A stretch of DNA of 64,000 nt from the human T2T-CHM13v2.0 reference genome, Homo sapiens. Positions 27,874 to 42,584 of the stretch are shown here, piece after piece. The number at the start of each line of letters is the position of its first letter. Positions within the stretch are counted from its first letter, which is position 1. Under the pieces are notes generated by a model. That model did no database searches. It was not told the origin of the DNA and saw only the letters and a list, made by a program, of their open reading frames with translations. The position numbers and the translations under genes were made by a program. Location of the stretch: the NCBI RefSeq assembly GCF_009914755.1, contig NC_060940.1. One strand, 5' to 3'.

Positions 27874-28789
27874 ATATCCTTCTAGGATTTAAAAAATGTT
27901 CATATCTGAAAAAACACATATTTGCACCATGCATTTTTGTCTTATTTTTCCCAATAAACCAACATTATGCCATAAGCATTTAAATATTATATACCTTTGT
28001 AATATAATTTCAAATAACCTCATAATATTTCACCATGTGGCTGGATATACTCATCTGTGTTAGTTTCCTTATCTTTAAAATATTAGTAATATTTCCCACT
28101 GCATGGCTGTGTGGTAGGATGAGATAATGGCAATTAAGTGTCTGATGCATGATAGGTACTCAGTAGATATTTGTACCCTTCTCTCCCTGTATTAAGAAAG
28201 TTCCCTAGGAGCAGAGCCTGAGATAGGAATTCTTATGCAAAGCATGTATTATGGGAGTACTAGCAGGAAAAGTCTGGAAGGGAGTGATGGCTGCGAGAGT
28301 GGGCAAGGAAGCAAGTGAGTCAAGAACGAGGTCTCCACTGGAGCCCAGCCACAGCCTGATTCCACGGGCAGCTCTGGAGCGTGAACTGCACCACAGTCAG
28401 CCCCACTTTGAGGCAATGGGGTTGGCCTTTTATTTTTCCATGTCAGTAGTCACTGGCTGTGGACTGCTCCTTGAGGAGAGGGATGTAAAATGTTTGGGTG
28501 AGGCACCTCCTATTCAACCAAGGGGTACAGTTTAGAGCAGGCCTTTCCAAAATGTCAGCCCCTAGCCACATGTGGCTACAAAGCATGTGACATGTGGCTA
28601 GTCTGAATCAAGGTGCATTGTAAGTGGAAAATACACACCGGATTTTGAAGGCTTAGTTGAAAAAATAGATGTCAACATCATTAATAATTTTAAAAAATTG
28701 CTTACATGTCTAATGTGATAATATTTTGAATATACTGGGTTAAATAAAACATATGACATATTAAAATTAAGTTCACTTATTTTTTATAT

Positions 28790-29972
<1,183 letters not shown>

Positions 29973-29995
29973 CTTTTAATTTTTTTTTTTTTTTA

Positions 29996-30358
<363 letters not shown>

Positions 30359-30407
30359 TCACGTTTGTGGCTCTCGTTACGTTTCCCTTGGGCAACATCA
30401 CTGGGGG

Positions 30408-30632
30408 GTAGAAGTCGACACACTTTTTCTATAAAAGACCAGACTGTAAATATTGTCAACTTTGCAGGGTGCACAGTCTCTGTTGTAGTGACTCCACTCT
30501 GCAGTTGCAGAGGTGAAGCTGCCACACATAAAATATATACAAATAGGCATGGCTGTGTTCCAAGAAAACATTATTTGCAAAAACAGGTGTTGGGCTGGAT
30601 TTGGCCCATGGACTGTATTTCACTGACCTCTG
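30408..30632 (-). mobile_element. MER58A
   Basis: GTAAATATT..CTTTGCAGG..GGCTGTGTTCCAA..GGCTGGATTTGGCCCATGG. Confidence 0.85.
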
Positions 30633-31560
30633 CTGTAGAAAAAAAATCAGCTGTGAACTGTTAGCAGCCAGTACTCATATTGGCTGGGGATGGCGGTGGG
30701 GGAGGGGTGCACCTGCCTGGTAAAAGGATCTGGGGGAGGAACCACCAGTGTGTCCTCTATAGTTCAATTTCTCTCCTGGTTAGAGAAGAATTCTTTTTCC
30801 AGTGATTCTTCCCTGCCTTCACCACTGACCTCTAGATACTTTGTCTTTAAAGGAAGAAGCTTTGTTAGGGGTTGCGGTGGAGCAGGGAACTTCACTTCAG
30901 GGAGCTTGGAGTATGAAACACTCCTGCCTCAGAGGCTGAAGATGGAGAAATATGCAGGAGGACAAACAAAACCAAACATTTATTTTCTTCTTACAATTGG
31001 AGGAAAGGAACATATGCATGTCAATATGGCATTTGAAGATGCTACTTGGTATTCTGCAGGTCTGTGCAACTGGTCTACCCTGGAAGGCGGAGGCAGTGTC
31101 TAGGGACTTAAATGATTTTTTTTTGTTTTAAATAACACATTCCCCCAGCTTTTGCTAATGCAGACGTAAACATGGAATTTTTCAATTGAGAGCAATTAAC
31201 ATATAATGCCCTAGGCCAGGAGCTAATTAATACAAAATCCTGGGGAAACAGCAGCACTGCAGCTCATGCTTTCCCAAGGTGGAATTGCTTCATCAAAATG
31301 ATTCTTGGTCTCCAGAGAACTTTCTGTGACCTGTTTAGGCTGGAATTGGATGTCTCCACTGGGCCTGTGCATCTCCTCTGGCAGCCCCGTGGCACGGTCC
31401 CTCCTCACAAATGTGGAGGATCTCCCAGAGGGCCCTTCAGCTGACGTGTGGTTGAGTCTTCCCCAGTTTTTATCCATTGATATATTGGGATAATCTCCTC
31501 TGTCTTCAGTGTCCTCCTGTTAGAATCCTTTTGTTCCTTAAAGTCAGAATTGACATCATC

Positions 31561-31936
31561 TGATGTGGTTTAGCTCTGTGTCCCCATCCAAATCTCATCT
31601 TGAATTGTAATCCGAACTGTAATCCCCATGTGTCAAGGGAGGGACCTGGTGGGAGGTGATTGGATCATGGGGGTGGTTTCCTCTATGCTGTTTTAGTGAT
31701 ATGAGTGAGTTCTCACGGGATCTGATGGTTTTAAAAGTGGCACTTCCTCCTTCACTCTTTCTCCCTTCTTCTGCCATCGAATACATGCCTGGCTTCTCCT
31801 TCACCTTCCACCATGATTGTAAGTTTCCTGCAGCTTCCCCAGCCATGCAGAACTGTGAGTCAATTGACCCTCTTTTCTTCATAAATTACCCAGTCTCAGG
31901 GAGTAGCTTTATAGCACTGTGAGAACGACTAATACA
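31561..31936 (+). mobile_element. MSTA-like solo LTR
   Basis: TGATGTGGTTTAGCTCTGTGTCCCCATCCAAATCTCATC ... GACTAATACA. Confidence 0.9.
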
Positions 31937-32273
31937 TTGTCCTCCTTTCTGCCCCCTCTTCCTTTCACAAATGTTTATTGAACACCTACTATGTACTGAG
32001 TGTGTTTTAGGCACTGTGTATGAGGCAGGCACAGCTCCTGACTTACATGCTAATGGGGAAGACTAATAACTAATATGTAAATAAATAGTAAAGTATGCAA
32101 CTTCAGGAAGATAAGGGCTGTGAAAAAATAAAGAAGGACAAAGGAATAGAAGGTGATGTGTGTGGGATGTCTCTTTTAGATAGAGTGGTCAGGGGACATC
32201 TCTTTGAGGAAGTGGCCCTTGAGAGGAACCTTAAAAAAAAGTAAAAAAAAAAAAGAAAAACAAAAAAACCCCT

Positions 32274-32274
32274 C

Positions 32275-32304
<30 letters not shown>
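32274..32304. repeat. (CAA)n microsatellite next to an A-rich tract
   Basis: Directly visible; lies between L2 (31960-32230) and MIR (32335-32555) relics. Confidence 0.95.
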
Positions 32305-32306
<2 letters not shown>

Positions 32307-32762
32307 AAAACAGCCAAAGCTTATAAAGGCCAAAGCTCAAATAGTGCCTACTCTGTGCTAGGCATTGTTTGGAGTGCTTTGCAGACATTGACTGATTATT
32401 CTTCATGACAATGCAATGTGGAACTATGATGAGCCCATTTGGTAGATGAGAACCTGAGGCACAGAAAGATGAAGCTGTTGGCCAAAGGATGCCTTGTTCA
32501 TCAGTGCTAGGATGGACTTTGAAGCCAGACACCTAACACCAAGCACTCTTAACCAACAGAAAGCATAAGGACATTGATTGATTGAATATTTGATTCATTG
32601 ATTTATTGTAATCTCTCATTCCTAGAGCACCCAATGAGCATCAAGTAGGCATAAATAAGACCTATTACTCTTTTACTGCCTACAAGTAGAGACAGCCTTG
32701 GGGCTCAGGCTTGCTGAGAAATATTAGATAAGATATTGTGTCAGTCTGAGACAGTGGGGGAA

Positions 32763-33125
32763 TATATTAATTCATTCTCACACTGCTATAAAATTCTACC
32801 TGAGAGTGGGTAATTTATAAAGAAAGGAGGTTTAATTGACTCAGTTTTACATGGCTTGGGAGGCCTCAGGAAACTTACAATCGTGGTGGAAGGCAAAGGG
32901 GAAACAAGCAGCTTCTTCATAAGGTGGTAGGAGAGAAAGAGTGAGCTAGGAAGTGCCACACTTTAAAACCATCAGCTCTTGTGAGAACTCACTCACTGTC
33001 ATGAGAACAGCATGGGGGAAACTGCCCCTAAGATCCAGTCACCTCCAACCAGGTCCCTGCCTCAACCTGTGGGGATTACAATTTGAGATGAGATTTGGGT
33101 GGAGACACAGAGTCAAACCATAACA
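32763..33125 (-). mobile_element. MSTA-like solo LTR
   Basis: CACTGCTATAAA..GGAGGCCTCAGGAAACTTACAATC..GAGATGAGATTTGGGTGGAGACACAG..CCATAACA; TSD (G/A)GGAA. Confidence 0.9.
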
Positions 33126-34596
33126 AGGAATTAACAGCCAAGTCCACTCAGCAGAAGTGGCGAGATGATTTAAGACTTGAAGGACGAGTTTGCAGGAAGA
33201 CAATGTTGGACTGAAGATGTGGAAAATGAGGAAATAGGCCTCAGGAAGGGCATGGCTGAGCAGCAGGAATAGCCTGTGCAAAGGCGTAGAGATGTGGTGT
33301 GCCCAGGGAAGTAGAAGTGTCTAAACATGGCATAGGGAGCATGTGGGCAAATAACAATTTATGAAACAGCAAATGTGGGCAGAATTTAGACAGAAACATG
33401 GGCATACAGAACTCAGATTTTATCTTGAGGGCCATGGGGAACCACTGAATGACTTTAAATAAAGGGTGATATGTTTGGATTTGTGTGGTTGGAGGATTAC
33501 ATGGGGAATCATGTGCATGTGGTTGGAAGATTACATGGGGAACAGTGTGTGTGTGGAGGGTTTGATGGACGACAGGTTATTCCCTCAGTGCCTCTTGACA
33601 CCTTCCATGTGGCCTAGTAGAAATAGAACTTTTTCCTTGGTTCTTAGACATTTTAATGAATAATAATGGCAGCTAATTCTTAGGAACATATTAAGGGCTA
33701 AATAGATTTTATGCTATTTTATATTTTTACCTTATTTAATCCTAAAATATATTCTGTGGAATAAATACTACTATCATTTTTATTTTACAGATTAGGAAAC
33801 AGTTGTAGAGGGTACATGGCACATCTTGAGTTACACAGCCATTAACCAGTGAAACGGGGATTACAGCCTGGGGATCTGAATTCCAAAGGCCAGAGTATTA
33901 AGCAGTATGCTATTATCACTCATCTTTCTATGTGCACATGTGTTATTTCCATATCCAGAGGGCACAGCATGCATAAATGCATTTATTGGGCATCTACTAT
34001 GCACTCGGTATGTGATGGACAGTTCCACACAATATTATTTGTGTTATTCCCTCACAATAGCCTGGTACAGGGTTATCTCCTTTTAATAGATGACAAAACT
34101 GAAGCCAGGAGGTGTGCATTGCTGTTTTTTTTTTATTCTTGCCTAGTGTTTCCATTGATTTCTCCCTGAGAGTTTTGTAAGCCTCCTTCTACATCTTTAA
34201 CTACTTTTATTTCCTGTGGGATTGTCTCTGCTGTCCCTGACAAAGGCTCTAGACAATGGGCATGTCAGGACTGGCTGGATTCCACCAATTCCCAGACACA
34301 AGTATTTTTTCTCCTCCATAGTTTGGTTCACTTAATGGCCATTGCTTCCTCATTTTCTTGCCAAGTGACCCCTCCAACCAATGGCCTCCTCTCTAGGCTG
34401 GTTGGTGATCAACACACCCTAGAGAATAACCAGCACATTCAGTCTCTGGGCAGATGTGCCTCTGAGTGTGTTTCCCACTGGGGTAGAGTGGAAGGTTGTA
34501 TTCCTAGAGACAAACTCATGTCCCAAAGACCTTGAGTTTGCTTTTTCTCAAGGTGCCATGAGTTATTTATTTATTATAGGCCAAAAAAAAAATGTG

Positions 34597-35932
34597 AGCA
34601 TGGTACTGGTACAAAAATAGATACACAGATCAATAGAACAAATAGAGAACCCAGAAATAAAGCCACATACCTACAGTCAACTTATCTTCAACAAAGTAAA
34701 AAAAAAAAAAACAATGGGGAAAGGACAGCCTTTTAAATAAATGGTACTGGGAGAATTGGCTAGCCATATGCAGAAAAATAAAACTGACATCTAAACTCTC
34801 ACCATATGCAAAAATTAACTCAAGATGAATTAAGGGCTTAAATCTAAGACCTGGACCTATAAAAATCCTAGAAGAAAACCTAGGGAAAACTCTTCTGGAC
34901 ATTAGCCTAAGTGAATAATTTATGATGAAGACCCAAAAAGCCAATGCAACAAAACAAAAAATAGAGAAATGAGACTTACTTTAATTAAAAAGTTTTTGCA
35001 GAGCAAAATAAATAATCAACAGAGTACACAGACAACCTACAGAATGGGAGAAAATATTTGTAAATTGTGCCTCCGACAAAAGAGTAATATCAAGAATCTA
35101 GAAGTAACTAAAACAACTCAACAAGAAACAAACAACCCCGTTAAAAACTGGGCAAAGGGCGTGACAGACATTTCTCAAAAGAAGAAATACAAGTAGCCAA
35201 TAAGCACTAATCATTAGAGAAATGTGAATTAAAGCCACACTGAGCTACGCCTTACACCTGTCAGAATGGCTATTATTAAAAAATCAGAAAACAACAGATG
35301 TTGGCATGGATGTGGAGAAAAGGGAATGTTTATACACTGTTGGTGAGAATGTAAATTAGTTTAACCCTTATGAGAAACAGTATAGAGATATCTCAAAGAA
35401 TTAAAAATAGAACTACCATTTGACCCAGCAATAACACCATTTTTATTTGCCTGAAAGGAAAGAAATAATTATATAAAAAATACATCTGCATTCATGTTTA
35501 TTTCAGCACTACTCATAATAGCAATCATGGAACCAACCTAAGTGTCCCTTAATGGTTGATTGGATAAAGAAAATGTGGTATGTATACACTGTGGACTGCT
35601 ATGCAGCCATAAAAAGAATGAAATCATGTCCTTTGCAGCAACATGTATGCAGCTGGAGGCCATTTGTCCCAAGTGAATTAACTCAGAAACGGAAAATCAA
35701 ATATCATGTTCTCACTTGTAAGTGGGAGGTAAACAATGGGTAGACATGGTCATAAAGATGGCAATAATAGACACTGGGGACTCCAAAAGAGGGGAGAATG
35801 GGAGGGAGCTGAGCTTTGAAAAATTACCTATTGGGTAAAGTGTGCAGTATTTGGGTGATGGGTACACTAGAAGCCCAATCTCCACCATTACACAAAATAC
35901 CTATATACCCCCCAAATCTAAAGTTAAAAAAA
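34597..35932 (+). mobile_element. L1PB-like, 5'-truncated (ORF2 3' part + 3' UTR)
   Basis: AGCATGGTACTGGTACAAAAATAG..., ORF2-end relic MVDWIKKMWYVYT; TSD AAAAAAATGTG. Confidence 0.92.
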
Positions 35933-36346
35933 TGTGTATTTGTGCATTATTTTTCAGTTTTAGATATATATGAAACCTAGATAAAGTTATAGATATATGT
36001 TTATTAACAATAATGTATATATATTCATCACCAAATATTTAATGTTTAGATAAACTGAAAGAATAAATGAAAAATAACCTTTACTCTTATCACCTACAGA
36101 TAAACACAGGTATCATTTTGGAGAGTATTCATCTACTCTCTTCTCCCTCCTTCCCTCCTTCCCTCTCCCTTACAAAATGAAATCATATTGTATTAATAAA
36201 TGCTGCTTTGTCATTGGTGACTCCCTTTCACAGCTCAGCAGAGGCACCTTGACATTCTTCTCTAGCAATGTCTTTCAAACTTCTTTTAGCCTCTTTTGAA
36301 CCCTTTCTACAAGCATAGGGCTTGGAAACATAATTTATAACTGATT

Positions 36347-37113
36347 TTCTTAGTCTGCTTGGGCTGTGTCTTCATCAGTTCAGGCTGCCATAATAAAATA
36401 CCATAGAGTGGGTGGCTTATAAACAACAGACATTTGTTTCTCACGATTCCGGAGGCTGGAAGTCTGAGATCAGGGTGCCAGCGTGGTTGGGTTCTGGTGA
36501 GTGTCCTCTTCTGGGCTGCAGACTGCTAACTTCTCTGTGTCCTCACATGGCAGGGAGCAGAGAGGGAAGTAACCTTTACCAGAACTCTTATAAGGACACT
36601 AATCCCATTCACAAATGCTTCACACCTTTATGACATCATCTAATCCTAATTACCTCCCAAAGGCACCATGTTCTAATAGGATCACATTGAGGGGTAGGAT
36701 TTCAACATATGAATTTGGGGGGAGGTACATAAACATTCAGTCTATGACAGGCTTCTATAACAAAATACTATAAACTAAGAGGGTTAAACAACAAGCGTAT
36801 TTTTTTGTTTTCTTCTCACAGTTCTTGAGGCTGGAAGTCCAAGATCAAGGTGCTGGGTTTGAATTTCCTAGTGAGGGCTCTCTTCCTGGCTTGCAGATGG
36901 CCACCTTCTCGCTGTGTCCTTACATGATCCAGAGACAGAGAGAGCTCTGGTCTTTTTCTCTTCTTGTAAAGACACTGATACCAGCAAGGGGGCTCGACTT
37001 TCAAGACCTTATTTAAGCCTAATGACCTCCCCAAGATTCCACCTCCAAATACCATCGCAATGGGGATGAGGGCTTCAATATATGAATTTGGTGGTGCACA
37101 TTCAGTTCATAAC
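36347..37113 (-). mobile_element. MLT1A-like LTR (host; pieces 36347-36366 and 36750-37113)
   Basis: CTTAGTCTGCTTGGGCTG | CTATAACAAAATAC.. ends CATTCAGTTCATAACA. Confidence 0.82.
36367..36749 (-). mobile_element. MST (C/D-like) LTR nested in MLT1A
   Basis: TGTC...TGACA termini with TSD GGCTG/GGCTT. Confidence 0.85.
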
Positions 37114-38588
37114 ACAGATAAAAGCAGTTTAATTGGTTGAAGCAGAGGTAGAGGAAACAAAATGCTGTCTAGTTGCTACACTCTTTTGCCCAAATGGGCC
37201 CCGACATCACTTCTGTGAATCTCCTGTAGGCTTCCAAGGAGCATTGTTTGCAAAACCGTTATCATCTGACAATATCTTAAAGGTAGTGCGGTATTCCATT
37301 GCATGGATGTACACCATGGATTTATCTAGTTTCTATTGTTGGACATCTAGGTTGCTTTCCATTTTTCATCATTATAAACAAAATTCTAATGGACATCCTT
37401 GTACTTCCAACCTTGTGTGCACCTGTGATTGTTTCTCTCAGATAAAGTCTTAGAAGTAAAAATCTCTTTTGATTCCTGGCTTGTGGAAATTTCCCCCTGA
37501 AGCCCAAATCTCTGCTTTGGCATGCCAGGAGGAAATTTGCCCAGAGTGTGGGCCTCAGTTCAGAGTGGGTATGTGCTGGACACAATATGTCTTCATAATA
37601 GATGGCCTGGTGTTGGACTGCTGAGTCATGCTCTGTTGTCAGGACAGCAACAGACTTTCCCCTGGGTCTGGGCTGGCAAGACTGGTGCTTATGATGCTGT
37701 CTTATATTTGCAATAGGCTTTTACAGTTTTCAAAGCCCTTTTCATCTGTTGTTCCACAGTCACTACATGAGGTCAGCTGGGAAGATATGAATGTATCTTT
37801 AAAAGCATACTGAAGTTCAAAGAGGTTAGAAGACTTTCCTGAAATTATGTATCTAGTAAATGGCAGTACTCTGTACTAGTCAGCTATTATGGCAATAATG
37901 CTGCATAACAAATACTCCCCCCACCCCCAGGTCTCAGCACGTTACATCAACAAACAGTATTTTTCTTTCTCCCATGAGAGTTGGGTCTGAGGGTTGGCCA
38001 TGATTTAGCTGATCCCAGCTGGGCCAGTGTGGCTGGTATAGGGGGCAATGGGTATGATGACACAAGACAATGTCAGAAAGGAAGCCTTGGGCAAAACCTT
38101 AAAGGCCATGGTACAGAGCTGGAATCTTATATTGCAATGGGAAACCATTGGAGGATTTTCCATAGAGGAGTGACATGACCTGATTTGTGTTTTAAGAGCC
38201 TGTTTGGATTTGTTTGTTCAATGCTGTATTTTCTGTGCCTGGTTAATCATAGATGCTCCATAAATATTTTACTGGATTAATAATGAACCTGATTCCAAAA
38301 AAAGGAATGGAATGCAAGACTAGAGGCATTGGATATATGTCCAGCCTCTGCAGGGTGCTGGTTAAGCTGGTTAGCTTCAGTAGGAAAGATCCATTAGCTA
38401 ATTTATTTATTCATTTCACTCACTGAGAAAACATTTGCTAGGTGCTTCCTCTGGGGTATCCACATCAGCAGAGGAAAAGCTAGGGAAGGCTATGACTTTG
38501 CAAACTCTGTAGAAACCTCTGATGGAATCACCCCTCTACTGTCCACTGTAGTCCTCTTTCGAGGAAAAGAAAAAACTCAGGGCAGCTG

Positions 38589-38634
38589 GAGAAAAAACAG
38601 AGCTCAGACTCGAGAAAAAACAGAGCTCAGACTT
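38589..38634. repeat. 23-bp tandem duplication
   Basis: GAGAAAAAACAGAGCTCAGACT(C/T) x2. Confidence 0.95.
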
Positions 38635-39349
38635 GAGACACGGGCTTCCCTCTATAGGGGTCAAAAACCAGGGCGGAGAGAGATAACCATTGTTAGAACT
38701 TGAACCTCCTTAACTCATCATTTCATTCAGCTCCATTGTGTAGAAGGGGAAACTGAGGCCCCTAGGGTGGGGGTTGAACTGCCATGCTCGAGATGACCCA
38801 GCAAATGAGTGGCAGAGCCAAGTAGAGCCCAGACCTTCAACCTTCTATTCCTGGGGCTCTTTGCACAGCTCTGCCCTGCTGCCCTCGCCTTTCAGCCAAC
38901 AGTTTCCGCACTCTACATATGAGTTTGGGGGAGGAACATAATACTGTTTATTTTGAATTGAAATGCTTTTTAAAAAATTAATAACCAGCCACACAAAGAT
39001 AGTTTACATTTAAAATTAGATGTTAAAGTGCAAAGGTTTCCTTCAGGAATAGGAATTATGTCTTCTAATTATATAGTATTTGGAACTACGCATTTCCTTT
39101 GAAGAAATGCCTTATAAATAGGTCAAAACAGCCTTCACGTTTCTTATGTGTTTACTTGCGTGGTGTGCTCATTTGGCGTTTGGCCCTGATATCATGCAGC
39201 CTTGAACCCTGGTTACATTTTCTTGTGTAAAGGAATTATCTCCACTTAGACTGCAAACAAGATTTTCCTACTTGTCATTCTTTTTCCCTCCGTCACAATG
39301 TCTAGCGTAGTGCCAGGTACAGGCAATTTGCAAATATCCATTTAAAAAA

Positions 39350-39774
39350 TTATTTTATTATTTTTTTTAAGTTCCAGGGTACATGTGCAGGATGTGCAGG
39401 TTTGTTATGTGGGTAAATGTGTGCCATTGTCAAAGATTTAGAACTGGAAATACCATTTGACCCAGCAATCCCGTTAGTGGATATTTACTCAAAGGAATAG
39501 AAATCACCCTATTCTAAAGATACGTGCACACATATGTTCATTGCAGCAATATTCACAATAGCAAAGACATGGAATCAACCCAAATGCCCATCAATGATAG
39601 ACTAGATAAAGAAAATGTGGTACATATACACCATGGAATACTATGCAGCCATAAAAGGGAATGAGATCATGTCCTTTGCAGGGACATGGACGGAGCTGGA
39701 AGTCATTATCCTCAGCAAACTAACTCAGGAACAGAAAACCACACATCATGTGTTCTCACTTTTAAGTGGGAGCT
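39350..39774 (-). mobile_element. L1PA with 5' inversion (antisense 39350-39430, sense 39431-39774)
   Basis: Antisense extreme 3' end joined to a sense ORF2-end segment; TSD AATATCCATT on both sides. Confidence 0.88.
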
Positions 39775-39919
39775 AATATCCATTCTAATTTCCTTTTCAT
39801 CTCCTCCCCTCACCTGTCCTCCCTTTTCTTCCAGTTCCGTCCTCTTCCCTCCTCTCCAACCCTCTCTCTCCCTCTCATCCTTCTTCCCTATCTCAGCCCT
39901 CTTTTCCTTTCCTTCCAGG

Positions 39920-40500
39920 AACATTTTGGTAATGTGCCAAGCGCTTTATAGGCTTTGGGGACTCAGTGATGAATTAAAGTGAACACGTTTCCTGCTCTCA
40001 CAAGGCTTTGAGTCTATTTTGGGAGTGGTGGGGGGCAGACACTAAACAGCTAGCAGTGCAATCATTTGTGTAATTATATCTGTAACATGTGGGGGGGATG
40101 ATGAAAGGAGAGTGTGGAATGAGGGAATTTGGTCAGGGGTCAGGGGTCAGGGGACGTTTTCCTGGGGAATCCAGGCTTTAGCTGAGACCCGGAGGATGAG
40201 TGGGAATGACCAGCTGAAGGAAGGGAGACAGTGGAATAGCAACCCAGGCAGAGGGAACTGCATGGTGCAGGGACAACCTTGAGTGGGGAGTGGCCTAGGG
40301 CTTTGGAGGGATGGACAGGAGGCCAGAATGGTGGGAGCAGAGGTAGCGGAGTGGAACATGGAGAGGTGAACATAAACATCACACAAGGTCTCAGATGCCA
40401 CGAGGAAGAGTCTGGTGTTTTTCTTGACGGCAATGGAGATCCATGGAAGGAATTTGAGCCAGAGAATAACACAGTCAGAATTCCATTTCTGGAAGGCCAC
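39920..40500 (-). mobile_element. L2 3' region
   Basis: ATGTGCCAAGC..CCTGCTCTCA..GGCAGAGGGAACTGCATG..GGCAATGGAGATCCATGGAAGGAATTTGAGC. Confidence 0.75.
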
Positions 40501-41460
40501 TTGAGGCCAGAAGTGGAGGCGGTTCCATCAACACGGAGTGGATTAAATAAACCATATTACCTCCTCACAATGGCACGCTCTGCAGATGTAACAGAAAAAG
40601 GATGTGTCTGTATCCTGATGTGGAAAGGTCCCCAGAGCACCCCGGCCAAAACTGAGGAAGAGAACAGAGTTTTTCAGCTGAAGAAAGAAGGGGGAAGAAG
40701 GAGAAAGAAGGAGAACAGTGACCGCATCATATATTACAAAATGTTAGTGAACACAGAGCCCATTCCCCTGCCAAAAGCAACCCATAAATCAGCCCCAGAA
40801 GGCACAGGAGTTCAGTGCACTAGAAATTTCCCTCCAATCAGCTCTCTCCTGTGAACAGCGAGTTCCTTGCGACAAGTCAGGTTTCAGCTGAGCCCTGCAG
40901 ATTGGGTGGCTGTCAGGTGTGATCACACACACCTGCTACAGCTGGCCTTTCTCTGCCAGGGAGTCACACCTTCCAGTCTTCCAGCATGACTGAGACTGAG
41001 AACCAAGTGGCCAGAACCTCGGGCCTGGTAAGAATAATTAAAATGGGATCAGTGTCTGTCCCTGTGGCGACGTCAACATCAGAGCTCCCAGCATGGAGGT
41101 CTCTGGCATGGCTGGACTTACTTGCTGAGGACTGGTGCTTGGCCCGTCTTGCCTGCACTGGCCTGGCTTACTCCAGTCGATGCGAAGGCACTGCTGTCCA
41201 CTGCCTGGCCATCATGTGCTGGTGCTGTCTGTTGTCATTTCATACACATGATCTCAAATTCTCAAGACAACAGCCCTAGGAGGCAGGAAGGGGAAACTGA
41301 GACTCAGAGTGGTTCAAGGACTTGCACACAGACAGTGAGAGAGCCAGAGTCAGGGTTGACCCCAGGCCTTCAGGCTGCTGTCATTCTGGGTTTTCTGAGC
41401 TTCCTCACCATTATTTCCCAGTTCCCCAGTTGCATGAATGATAGTTGCCAGGTTCACTTG

Positions 41461-41835
41461 TGTTATGGACTGAATGTTTGGGTCTTCCTGCAAATTCATA
41501 TGTGGAACTCTAACCCCCAATATGCTGATATTTAGAGGGCCCCTGGGAGATAATTAGAGTTAGATTAGAATATCATGAGGGTGGAGCTCCCATGAGGGAA
41601 TTAGTGCCCCTATAAGAAGAAAGAGAAAGAGCAGAGTTTTCTCCCTGTCTGCCCCATTGGGACATAGTAAGAAGGTGTCATCTGCAAAACAGGAGGGGAG
41701 CCCTCACCAGGAACCAAATGTGCTGCTGCCTTGATTTGGACTTCCCAGCCTCCAGAATTGTGAGAAATAAATGTCTGTTGTTTAAGCCAACTGGTCTATG
41801 GTATTGTGTTATGGTGGCCCAAATGGACTAAGACA
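41461..41835 (+). mobile_element. MLT1A-like LTR
   Basis: TGTTATGGACTGAATGTTTG ... GAGAAATAAATGTCTGTTGTTTAAGCC ... GACTAAGACA. Confidence 0.88.
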
Positions 41836-42584
41836 GCATACATTTCCCCTCGCCACTTTGAATCACCCTGATTTTCATTTGGAAAGTTACATCCCCCTTC
41901 CTAGGTGTATCTTGTTGGGCCTGACCAGGGGTAGCTGTGTGACCACTCAGAGCTCTTCTTTCAGGGCCTGGCCTCTTGAGTAGATTCTTTTAGTCCAGTA
42001 CCCTCCTTCCACTGGGGTGCTCAGGAAATACAGGGAGGGAGCACAATTTCTGTTGCCCCATCCTGATCCTACTGCCAAGCCCAGTCCTCCAGCCTTCAGG
42101 TCCACTCTGTTAGCAACCTTGGGTCCACACAATCACACCCCTTTCTGCTTAGGTTCGCCACAGTTGTTTCTGTTGCTTGCAGTCAGAGGTGCCTGAGGGA
42201 AGCAGGAGCCTGGGTGTAGGCACTTTAAGTGCCATTTGTTCTTAGTTGTCAGCTGACAGTTTGTTGTGAGATAATGTGTGCCTGTTGTGATGAGATGAGT
42301 GGGAATGGTGAGGACATGGAGTGCATCTCTGCAGGACCCAGTATTGGGGGTGGAAGGAGATGTAAACAAGGTCATAGTCTCTGTCTTTTCCTCCAAGAAA
42401 AGCTGGGGGCTGGAGACCAAATGTGTATGCAACATGGCCTTTGTCTTCAGGAGCTCCTAGTGTAGCAAGAGATGTGACACAGACGTAAATAACCATAACA
42501 TCAGGGTGGATGTCATAAAAGTATGAGGGAGACCATATGGCTGGCAGGGACTTGGAGAGAAAGATTGTTCAGTGTGTGGGATAA

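Noticed and set aside
30690-31103. 137-aa plus-strand ORF
   Set aside because: Begins in an LTR16-like relic; no recognisable homology or splice context
40279-40854. Longest ORF (191 aa) as a coding exon
   Set aside because: Overlaps antisense L2 and probable old L1 sequence, starts at a non-ATG codon and shows no recognisable domain
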